A stretch of 64,000 nt of DNA from Candidatus Latescibacterota bacterium (GTDB lineage: Bacteria > Latescibacterota > UBA2968): positions 5,344,001 through 5,408,000 of the forward strand of contig OZ242311.1 in NCBI GenBank assembly GCA_965207885.1, written 5' to 3'. Position numbers and translations under genes: made by a program. The notes under the pieces are model-generated. The model was not told where the DNA came from. It saw only the letters and a list, made by a program, of their open reading frames with translations, and searched no databases. This document shows positions 51,126 to 59,113 of the stretch, one piece after another; within the stretch, counting starts at the first letter, position 1, and each line of letters opens with the position of its first letter.

Positions 51126-54100
51126 ATGATCAAGCCTCTCGACCGCGCGGGTACCTGGCGGACTTATTCTCTGGATAGCGGCCTTGCCGGGTTGCGCGTT
51201 GAACACATTGCCGAAGACAGCGAAGGCTATCTCTGGTTCGCCACATGGGACAACGGTGCCTGTCGCTTCGATGGAGACGAATTCCAGAATTTTACCCAAC
51301 AGGACGGTCTTGTTAATGATCGTACTTATTTTCTTGCACAAGACAGTCAGAATCGATTGTGGTTTGGTACCGCAAATGGCGTCTGCTGGTACGACGGAGT
51401 TGGATTCCACCATTTGAAGGACGATGGGATTGCAGACCGAACAGTGCAGTGCATCTACGAAGACCGTGAGGGACGTATATGGTGTGGCGGTTCCAGGACC
51501 CTGGGATATTACGATGGCACTGTGTTCCACGACCTGATTCCGCGCTACCTCCAGCACTACGAGCAGCCGCCTTCTCCTGAGTGGCACCATTTTTGTTGGG
51601 GTATTACCCAGGATCTCAAAGGCCATCTGTGGTTTGGTTTTGACTACCCCATTCGCTTCGATGGCACATCCTTCCACCGCTATGATAAGAAAGAAGGGTT
51701 TCCCCAGGAAGGGACCGCCTATGTCGTGGACAGTGATCATACCGGCAAGGTGTGGATCGGTCAGTTTGGACATCGAGACGGACTCTGGTGCTATGCCGAT
51801 GGCACCTTCCAATCTGTTCAGGTAGATTTAGGAGGTTTGGTACGCAAAATTCAGTATGATCGGGAAGGTCGAATGTGGTGCTGCACTGCAGGTGGGGTGC
51901 TCTGTCAGGACGGTGATGGGTTCAGCAAGTTTCCCCTTCCCGATGGCTTACCTCATCCAGCAGTCAAATCCATGTATCAGGATCGCGATCATCGGTATTG
52001 GTTCGCCACCTGGAGTGGCGTCTTGCTCTACGATGCCCATAGTATCAGCGTTTTTGACCTCGGTAAAGCTATTCCCAAAGACAAAGAGCCGAACGAGGTC
52101 TCGCAGATCGTGCAGGACTGCCAAGGAGATATATGGGTTGGATGTATATCTCCCCTTCTCTCCGGTCCGATCAATAGCGTCTTTCGCTTTGACTGTAAGC
52201 ACTTTGTTTTTGTAGGCACTGAGGATGGCCATGATATCGACAGTTGTTTCTCTATCTACGAGGATCACGAGGGGTATCTATGGTTCGGCGGCCTCAACGG
52301 CCTGTTCCGCTACGATGGGCAGAAGCTAAAAAAAATGGAAGTAGCTGAGGATTTAGACGAAAGGAGTATCAGCACAATCATCCAGGACGCGCAAGGTCAA
52401 TTCCTTTTCGGCTATTGGGAAAAGGGCTCCTATAAAACCGTATATAAAAAAGAAGAGCTTTCGGTCAGCCCATTAAAGATCATTTACCAGCGGGACGAAG
52501 AGTTCCAAACCATTTTTGTAGAGAATAAAAAGAAAGATTCTTTAGATCGTATTGGCACTGTGGTTATCGGACGCAATAGCGAGATCTATTTTCATTTGGC
52601 CTGCCACAATTTCTCACCTGGCGACAGGGGTCTGGGGTGCTGGCATCCCGAAGATGGGCTTAAATTTTATGGGATTGAAGATGGGCTGATAGACGACAAG
52701 GTCAATGACTTGCTGTTAGACCGCGCTGGCAATCTGTGGATCGCCACTTTGAGCGGTCTTTGTCGCTTTGATGGCCATACCTTCCACACGTTCACGACTG
52801 AAGACGGTCTGCCGAACAACCACATCCGTTGTCTATTCGAGGATCGGCAAGGCCACCTCTGGCTCGGCACAGACGGAGGCGTGGCTCACTACAATGGTCA
52901 GTATTTTCAGACCATCAAGTCACCGCATATAGCACCGGTTTCCCAGATACTCGAAGATCGTGACGGAGCCTTCTGGTTTGGCACGACCCTGGGTTCTATC
53001 ATACGCTACCGTCAGCGGCAAACGCCGCCTCAAATTCGCCTGCTTCAGGTTGTCTCTGATCAGGTCTATGAGAACCTGAAGGAAGTCATCCTATCTACGG
53101 TAGGACAGCAGGTGATTTTCGAGTACAAAGGCCTGAGTTTTTCCACACATCCCCGCGACATGCTCTACATCTATCGCCTGAAAGGCTATGATGCCGACTG
53201 GCAGCCTGCGACTCGAAAGATGCGGACCTACTACCGGGACTTGCCGCCGGGCGATTATACCTTTCAAGTCAGGGCGATAGATCGCGACCTCAATTACTCG
53301 GAGATCGCACAGGTGCAACTCTCAGTCGAGATAGATCCGCGTATTGAAGGCCTAACGGCGACACTAAATAATCAGGGGGAAAACGAGTTTATCGGTCAAA
53401 GTGCAGCCCTGCACGCGTTTCAAATCCAGCTTGGAAAGGTCGCATCTGTTGATCTGACGGTACTGTTTAAGGGTGAGACGGGTGTGGGCAAGGGATTGGC
53501 TGCTCGGACACTACACGCGCTGAGTTCCCATAGTGATGGACCTTTTATACAGGTCAACTGCGGTGCCTTGCCCGAAACGCTGATCGATAGTGAACTTTTT
53601 GGTCACGAGAGAGGGGCTTTTACCAGTGCAGTCTCTCGCAGGCTGGGCAAGGTGGAACTGGCCAGGGGAGGTACGCTTTTTTTAGATGAAATCGGCGATA
53701 TGGCTCAGGAAACGCAGGTCAGGATGTTGCGCTTGCTGGAAGAGGGCACATTTGAGCGCATAGGAAGCAGCGAGACGCTGAGGGTGCAGACGCGCATTGT
53801 GGTAGCGACCAATCGCAATTTGGAAGAGATGGTCAGCGCAGGCGCTTTTCGCGAGGACCTCTATTATCGCCTTCAGGTCTTTCCGCTCTCTTTGCCGCCC
53901 TTGCGCGAACGCAAGGAGGACATACCGGACTTAGCCGAATATTTCAAGAATCAGATAGCAGTACATATAGGCACGCAAATTGACCCTTTGACATCAGAGA
54001 TTATCGCAGTGTTGCAAACCTATCATTGGCCTGGAAATGTGCGAGAACTAAAGCATACGATACAGCGGGCTGTAATCACCTGTAATGAGTCTCGAATCAA

Positions 54101-54344
54101 ATTGGAAGATCTTGGACTGTACGGTTCTCAAGTCAAAGATACGGCCCAGGAGGAGCACACCCTATTCGCTTCTCAAGACCGCGAAATCGTGCCTTTGGAT
54201 GAATTTGAACGCTACTACATCCTCAAAGTGCTCGAAGCCACCAAATGGCGGATAACCGGATCTAAGGGAGCAGCGACCCTGCTGGGATTACCGCCTTCTA
54301 CCCTGTATGGCAAAATGAAAAAACTGGGGATCAAACGTCCTTGA
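51126..54344 (+). CDS. sigma54 enhancer-binding protein with N-terminal Reg_prop beta-propellers and a Y_Y_Y domain
   Basis: Repeated I.ED.EG.LWFGT..G blades, Y.YRLKG.D..W...Y..LPPG.YTFQVRA, Walker A GETGVGK, GAFTSA, LFLDEIG, WPGNVREL and a Fis-type HTH. Confidence 0.92.
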   Translation: MIKPLDRAGTWRTYSLDSGLAGLRVEHIAEDSEGYLWFATWDNGACRFDGDEFQNFTQQDGLVNDRTYFLAQDSQNRLWFGTANGVCWYDGVGFHHLKDDGIADRTVQCIYEDREGRIWCGGSRTLGYYDGTVFHDLIPRYLQHYEQPPSPEWHHFCWGITQDLKGHLWFGFDYPIRFDGTSFHRYDKKEGFPQEGTAYVVDSDHTGKVWIGQFGHRDGLWCYADGTFQSVQVDLGGLVRKIQYDREGRMWCCTAGGVLCQDGDGFSKFPLPDGLPHPAVKSMYQDRDHRYWFATWSGVLLYDAHSISVFDLGKAIPKDKEPNEVSQIVQDCQGDIWVGCISPLLSGPINSVFRFDCKHFVFVGTEDGHDIDSCFSIYEDHEGYLWFGGLNGLFRYDGQKLKKMEVAEDLDERSISTIIQDAQGQFLFGYWEKGSYKTVYKKEELSVSPLKIIYQRDEEFQTIFVENKKKDSLDRIGTVVIGRNSEIYFHLACHNFSPGDRGLGCWHPEDGLKFYGIEDGLIDDKVNDLLLDRAGNLWIATLSGLCRFDGHTFHTFTTEDGLPNNHIRCLFEDRQGHLWLGTDGGVAHYNGQYFQTIKSPHIAPVSQILEDRDGAFWFGTTLGSIIRYRQRQTPPQIRLLQVVSDQVYENLKEVILSTVGQQVIFEYKGLSFSTHPRDMLYIYRLKGYDADWQPATRKMRTYYRDLPPGDYTFQVRAIDRDLNYSEIAQVQLSVEIDPRIEGLTATLNNQGENEFIGQSAALHAFQIQLGKVASVDLTVLFKGETGVGKGLAARTLHALSSHSDGPFIQVNCGALPETLIDSELFGHERGAFTSAVSRRLGKVELARGGTLFLDEIGDMAQETQVRMLRLLEEGTFERIGSSETLRVQTRIVVATNRNLEEMVSAGAFREDLYYRLQVFPLSLPPLRERKEDIPDLAEYFKNQIAVHIGTQIDPLTSEIIAVLQTYHWPGNVRELKHTIQRAVITCNESRIKLEDLGLYGSQVKDTAQEEHTLFASQDREIVPLDEFERYYILKVLEATKWRITGSKGAATLLGLPPSTLYGKMKKLGIKRP

Positions 54345-54365
54345 TGATAGCCATATCGTGAGGCC

Positions 54366-54753
54366 CCAATAGAAAAAGCCCAACGGTTTGGAAGAGGCCG
54401 TTGGGCTTTAAAAAAATAAAATTCGATCACACCTTCGCTGCACCTCAATTACAGGCGCCTGAGTAACTGGTCATAGTCCGCGTGCGATCCTATCCAGTGA
54501 AAAAGCATCATCAAGTGGTACCGTATCACCCGCAGCAACTTCCCTTCTTACTCCTTCAGCCAAACGATCCCACTGCTCATCCGTCGTGGCTTCAAAGCGC
54601 TCTGTCCAGGCCCGCTCGTCTTTCAGGTCAGCTATAATACGTGCAGCAATAGCATCCCGCTGATCTTGAGGCAGTTTTTGAATCTCTGCGACGACCTGTT
54701 CCAGTAAATCAGCCATTTCTGTAGCTCCTTGCGCGAAGGGCTGCGAAGATCAA
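54366..54753. repeat. Duplicated unit copy 1 (terminator plus antitoxin gene and leader)
   Basis: Diverged direct repeat of 55490-55866, including the AAAAAGCCCAACG...CGTTGGGCTTT hairpin. Confidence 0.9.
54471..54716 (-). CDS. Small acidic putative antitoxin, copy 1
   Basis: LLEQ..AEIQKLP..QRDAIA..I..DL.DE..W...F resembles the small helical proteins usually encoded upstream of ParE/RelE-like toxins; AAGGAG RBS. Confidence 0.65.
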   Translation of the reverse strand: MADLLEQVVAEIQKLPQDQRDAIAARIIADLKDERAWTERFEATTDEQWDRLAEGVRREVAAGDTVPLDDAFSLDRIARGL

Positions 54754-54767
54754 GTCGATCCAAAGGG

Positions 54768-54992
54768 TCATGCAGCGAGAACCGGATGGTTAAGCCGATC
54801 ACTGGCAAATCGCAAACAGGCGCGAATGTCCTCAGGTTCAAGGTCTGGATGCTCTGATAGAATTTGTTCACGAGTCAAGTCATGAGCGAGCAAATCCAGC
54901 ACATCCGTGACGCGAATCCGCATACCCCGAATACAGGGCCGTCCCCCACACTGATTGGGATTGACCGTGATACGATCTGTTAGAGTATCTAT
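54768..54992 (-). CDS. DUF433-family antitoxin (start codon reads ATA; possibly a pseudogene)
   Basis: Missed by the ORF track. Reads (I)DTLTDRITVNPNQCGGRPCIRGMRIRVTDVLDLL...EQILSEHPDLEPEDIRACLRFA; AAGGA RBS 5 nt before ATA. Confidence 0.85.
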   Translation of the reverse strand: MDTLTDRITVNPNQCGGRPCIRGMRIRVTDVLDLLAHDLTREQILSEHPDLEPEDIRACLRFASDRLNHPVLAA

Positions 54993-55004
54993 AGCTGTCC
55001 TTTC

Positions 55005-55358
55005 TTACACAAAATCTTTGTCCAGCATCGCTGACACAGAGGAAATATAGTCCCTATCAGACATCTGACGCTCTAAAACTCGCACCTCAGCCTCCAATCG
55101 CTCACCGAGGCGATCTTTCTCCAACTCCAAATTGTAGCGTGTCTGAAGATTGAGCCAGAACCGATCCGTGGTTCCAAAGTAGCGCGCCAGCCGAAGTGCT
55201 GTGTCTGCCGAAATAGCGCGCTTGCCGTGTACAATCTCGTTAATCCGGCGAGGAGGCACTGAGATGTCCTTTGCCAGACGATATTGGCTAATACTCAGAG
55301 GCTCGAGAAATTCCTCGAGCAAGATCTCTCCCGGATGAATTGGGGGCATTGTAGGCAT
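55005..55358 (-). CDS. higA: HigA HTH antitoxin (orphan)
   Basis: PIHPGEILLEEFLEP...RRINEIVHGKRAISADTALRLARYFGT...FWLNLQ. Confidence 0.9.
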   Translation of the reverse strand: MPTMPPIHPGEILLEEFLEPLSISQYRLAKDISVPPRRINEIVHGKRAISADTALRLARYFGTTDRFWLNLQTRYNLELEKDRLGERLEAEVRVLERQMSDRDYISSVSAMLDKDFV

Positions 55359-55489
55359 AGATACCTCCTAATGGTAAATTTCAAATGCTATCACAATGAC
55401 GAAGCAGATGATTTTTTTCCTTGTTAAAGAAAGCCCGTCAGTCAATTATGAGCAACACTAAAAGCACTTGTGAAGTCGCCAGTAAGACT

Positions 55490-55866
55490 CCAATAAAAAA
55501 GCCCAACGATTTGAAAAGGCCGTTGGGCTTCTAAAAAACAAGATTCGATCACACCTTCGCGACACCTCAGTTACAGACGCTTGAGTAACCGGTCATAGTC
55601 CGCGTGACAGTGAAAAAGCATCATCAAGTGGCACCGTATCACCCCCAACAATTTCCTTTCTCGCTGCTTCAGCCAAACGATCCCACTGCTCATCAGTCGT
55701 GGCTTCAAAACGTTCTGTCCAGGCCTGATCATCTTTCAGGTCAATTAGAATACGTGCGGCAATGGCATCCCGCTGGTCTTGCGGCAATTTTTGAATCTCT
55801 GCGACTACCTGTTCAAGTAAATCAGCCATTTCTGTGGCTCCTTGCGTCAGGGGCTACGAGGATCAA
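55490..55866. repeat. Duplicated unit copy 2
   Basis: Diverged direct repeat of 54366-54753. Confidence 0.9.
55593..55829 (-). CDS. Small acidic putative antitoxin, copy 2
   Basis: Close paralogue of 54471-54716. Confidence 0.65.
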   Translation of the reverse strand: MADLLEQVVAEIQKLPQDQRDAIAARILIDLKDDQAWTERFEATTDEQWDRLAEAARKEIVGGDTVPLDDAFSLSRGL

Positions 55867-56279
55867 TCTTCTGGTTCGGCGGGATTGTCTTTTGGGATCA
55901 AGATAAATGGATTGGCAATTGTGGTTTTGCCAAAACGCTTGAGCAATTGGACCTCATTGCTTGGGTCGAGATTCTCCTCGCGGATCACACGCTGAATGGC
56001 CGGCTGTCCCAAGCCAGGGATACGAACAACGAAAAACGGCCACAACACGTCAGATTCGTAGCGCTTGTCTAAACGCGGAAAATTGACGATTGGATAAGCG
56101 TCTTTCTTCTTCCGGAAAGTATCCGTGTATTCGAAACACCACTTTCCGTCATGAAGAGAGAGATGCCCCACATCGAGGTCGCCGTATCGCAACAAAAATT
56201 CAGCAGTTTCATCTTGCGGGGTGCGAAGGTGCTTCAGCCCGCCTTGGTGGAACAGGATTTTTTTTAGGGTCGATATCAT
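55863..56279 (-). CDS. HipA N-terminal (couple_hipA/HipS-like) domain protein with no kinase partner
   Basis: VGHL....GKWCFEY...F..PI..FP.....YES..LWPFF..RIP motif. Confidence 0.75.
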   Translation of the reverse strand: MISTLKKILFHQGGLKHLRTPQDETAEFLLRYGDLDVGHLSLHDGKWCFEYTDTFRKKKDAYPIVNFPRLDKRYESDVLWPFFVVRIPGLGQPAIQRVIREENLDPSNEVQLLKRFGKTTIANPFILIPKDNPAEPED

Positions 56280-56310
56280 AGCATACTCCATTAGGGGATT
56301 TTCTCAGACA

Positions 56311-56532
56311 TTATGGCCCTGTTGGCTTGCCCAGTCGCCGTTGTTCCGCTTCCCATTGGAGCGCAGCCTCTTGAGTGGTGCGAAAACCGACCTGAAAAAT
56401 GTGGCCCCTGTCCCAACCGGGTTTTCGCTGGTGCTCGGCCTCGCGGCGATCAAGATCTCTGGTGATGCCCGTGTGGACAATGCGATTGCCCAACTTAAAG
56501 TGGTATTTGTAAACGGTTCTACTGGTTGCCAT
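56311..56532 (-). CDS. Minimal GIY-YIG-like protein
   Basis: VYKYH......VHTGITRDLDRREAEH...AALQWE pattern; GGAGG RBS before ATG 56532. Confidence 0.65.
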   Translation of the reverse strand: MATSRTVYKYHFKLGNRIVHTGITRDLDRREAEHQRKPGWDRGHIFQVGFRTTQEAALQWEAEQRRLGKPTGP

Positions 56533-56533
56533 G

Positions 56534-56692
56534 TCGTTAGACCTCCACATTGACGTACTCCCCAAGCCAAAGCATTGGGATTCTAAAATCTTGTTGCTTC
56601 AGCAGGGATTGTGGGATCAACAGTAGTTGCTTGCTTCCCCGAAGTTCGGCAAGTCTTACGCTACCTCCGCCAGAGGTGGACGCCCCCACCTG
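56534..56692 (-). ncRNA. TnpB omega/reRNA (scaffold plus ~16-nt flanking guide); boundaries approximate
   Basis: Established for TnpB: the RNA overlaps the ORF 3' end and right end, and the guide is the sequence after TCAA (TGTGGAGGTCTAACGA...). Confidence 0.65.
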
Positions 56693-58056
56693 TGAATGTT
56701 TATCGCCGCGTTGAGGTCTCTGTCTATCTCAAGACCACACTCGCAACAATGGAATGTTCTCTCTCGCAATTCGAGATTCTCTTTCACTGTATCACAAGCC
56801 GAGCATGTCTTTGACGTGGGTAGCCATTTGTCGATTTGTTTGACAACTTTGCCCGTCTTTTTTGCCACATACTTGAGAATGTTCAAAAAGTCTGAGAAGC
56901 CCAAATCGCTAATCTTTCGTCCCCACAACGCTTTCATGGCGTCAATGTGCAAAGTCTCAAAGAACATAACGTCATAGTCTTTACACAGTTGATGGGCAAG
57001 TCGCCAATGATAGTCTCTACGCTGATTAGCAACGCACCTATGCACTCTGGCATGATTTACTCTTGCTCTGTGACGATTGCTGCTACCTTTCTTCTTGCGA
57101 GAAAGATTGCGATTAGCCTTTTTGACTTTCCTCGAATTACGATTGAAGAACAATGGCGATTGTGTCCTTGTGCTGTCTGAGGCTGTTAGATATGTTTGCA
57201 AGCCAAAGTCAAAACCTGCGGTTTTACCGTTCTTGATCATGAATGACTTGATACCCTCAGCCTTTGCAACAACACATAGCCACAAATCGCCTACGCGGTC
57301 ACGTTTGATTGTGACCATCTTGATACGCTCTACATCGAACTTTCTGCTCTTATGGTATCTGAATATACGCTTGCCAATACGCACCTTGTTACGCTCAAGG
57401 AATTTGTATCCTGCTTGCTTCAGCGTATAGGACTGATACCGAAAGCGAGACCTGAAAGTAGGCGGACGCTTGTTGTCTCTGGCAAAGAATTTCTGATAGC
57501 CAAAGTCTATGCGCTCAACCACATTTTGCAATGCCTGTGACGGCAACAAACGCCAATGTGCAAATCGTCCTGTTCTTTTCAGCTTTGCCAAATGGTTAAT
57601 CATTGTGAACTTACTCGGATATTTGCCAAAACGCCGATAGTATCGCTTGTGCAAGGCAATGAAATGATTATACACCTCAGCAAAAGAATCTATATCCCTA
57701 TGGATATACATATTGCGATCGCAGAGACTATACATTTTGTATTTGTATGTTAAGTATTCCATAATGTAAATATACATAAAAACAGTAATTTATGAAAATT
57801 TTATGTAGTCAGTGAACGGATGATTTTGGTCGATGAAGTGCTGGCGCACTTGTACACCGCTCCACCGCCCACATTGCCTTGAGCAATGTGCCACCATGCT
57901 AAGCATGTTCCGTGATGATTTTACACGGAAGCACCGCACCATAAGCATGTCCCTGCGAAAGCAGGGATTCGGAAGCCCTTGCAAAACAACGCTCGCTAAC
58001 TCGCGTCTGCTTCCCAACGCTAAAGCTCTCTGCGAGTGGGTCTTACGGGCTGTAAG
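56550..58056 (-). mobile_element. IS200/IS605-family element (tnpB only; tnpA absent or decayed)
   Basis: Right end is a GAAT-led hairpin (GAATCCCAA...TTGGGGAG) ending in TCAA at 56550. Left end is a candidate AAGA-led hairpin next to TTAT at 58057-58060 (left boundary inferred). Confidence 0.75.
56656..57762 (-). CDS. tnpB: RNA-guided endonuclease TnpB
   Basis: RuvC D (GFDFG), E (FFETL) and D (DRDLNAAINI); zinc ribbon CSAC...CCEC. Confidence 0.93.
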   Translation of the reverse strand: MEYLTYKYKMYSLCDRNMYIHRDIDSFAEVYNHFIALHKRYYRRFGKYPSKFTMINHLAKLKRTGRFAHWRLLPSQALQNVVERIDFGYQKFFARDNKRPPTFRSRFRYQSYTLKQAGYKFLERNKVRIGKRIFRYHKSRKFDVERIKMVTIKRDRVGDLWLCVVAKAEGIKSFMIKNGKTAGFDFGLQTYLTASDSTRTQSPLFFNRNSRKVKKANRNLSRKKKGSSNRHRARVNHARVHRCVANQRRDYHWRLAHQLCKDYDVMFFETLHIDAMKALWGRKISDLGFSDFLNILKYVAKKTGKVVKQIDKWLPTSKTCSACDTVKENLELRERTFHCCECGLEIDRDLNAAINIHRWGRPPLAEVA

Positions 58057-58096
58057 ATAATTGTCGGATATAACATCAGAAATAGGTACAAAAAAC

Positions 58097-58148
58097 AGGG
58101 CGACCACAAGGGTCGCCCCTACAGTCGCGGCAGGGATGCCGCTCCTAC
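58097..58148 (-). repeat. Two tandem GTAG-family REP palindromes
   Basis: Minus strand GTAGGAGCGGCATCCCTGCCGCG and GTAGGGGCGACCCTTGTGGTCGCCCT. Confidence 0.8.
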
Positions 58149-58179
58149 GACTTAATTTTCATACTTCACTCTTCTTACT

Positions 58180-59100
58180 TCACACTTCCAACCCCACACC
58201 AAACGCCCTCTCAAACTCCCCCCAGAGATCGAGATCGACATCGGCAGTGGCATCGGAGAGCACCTCGTCGAGTTCGCGGGGAGAAGCCGGTCCCACAAGA
58301 AGCATACCATTGCCATTTAAGGGTGCAGCCAGACAAAATTGCAGAGCAAAGCGACGAATACTAATCCCGCGCGCATTGCACCACTCCCACATCGCAACAG
58401 CGCGCTCTGCCTGTCCTGGATAGCGGCGGCCAGACAACTCGGCATCGGGCTTGGGACCAGCCAGCAAGCCCATCCCCTGCACACTCGCCAGAATAAGACC
58501 CACATCGTGCTCAAGTGCGAGAGGAATCGTCGTCTCCGCAGCAGTCTGACTCAGCAGCGTATAATCGAGAAACGTAATCACAATATCGCAAACCCCCGTC
58601 TCAATCGCGTAGCGGTGAAAATCGTGAGAACGACAGCCAATACCCGTATATCCAATCAACCCCTCGTCTCTCATCTTCAAAAGCTCATCCGAAGCAAATC
58701 CCGGTGAATAAACCTCTTCTATATCCCTCGGATCGTGGATAAGCAACGCATCGATATAATCCGTCTTGAGCTGTCTCAGACTATTCTCAACCGTCCACCG
58801 GATCGACTTCGCCGAAAAATCGTGTCGCCTATCCCGATGGGTACCCGCTTTAGTCTGCAAATAAACCTTCTCCCGGTACCCTCCTTGAAGCGCGAGACCC
58901 ACACGCCGCTCGCTCTCGCCCCCGCCATAAGCGGCAGACGTATCGATAAAATTAATTCCCCGATCAATCGCCTCTCGCACAGTCGCAATCCCCTCATCAT
59001 CAGACACCCGCTGCGGACTGCCGAGAAAAGCACAGCCAAGACCAATCGCTTTGGGTTTAAGTTCCGTGCGACCAAGACGTCGCGTTTCGAGTTCAGGCAT
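58180..59100 (-). CDS. Aldo/keto reductase
   Basis: RRLGRT, GINFIDTSAAYG..SE, TK and SLRQLKTDYID.LLIH motifs. Confidence 0.93.
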   Translation of the reverse strand: MPELETRRLGRTELKPKAIGLGCAFLGSPQRVSDDEGIATVREAIDRGINFIDTSAAYGGGESERRVGLALQGGYREKVYLQTKAGTHRDRRHDFSAKSIRWTVENSLRQLKTDYIDALLIHDPRDIEEVYSPGFASDELLKMRDEGLIGYTGIGCRSHDFHRYAIETGVCDIVITFLDYTLLSQTAAETTIPLALEHDVGLILASVQGMGLLAGPKPDAELSGRRYPGQAERAVAMWEWCNARGISIRRFALQFCLAAPLNGNGMLLVGPASPRELDEVLSDATADVDLDLWGEFERAFGVGLEV

Positions 59101-59113
59101 AGCATCTCCTTAT

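Noticed and set aside
56550-58056. Firm call of an IStron (group I intron + TnpB)
   Set aside because: R/S-like words exist, but P/Q elements are not evident, the S-like word lies within the TnpB coding start, and the right end terminates in TCAA rather than a G.
57833-58060. 75-aa ORF as a functional tnpA
   Set aside because: No HUH motif or catalytic Tyr, and it is too short.
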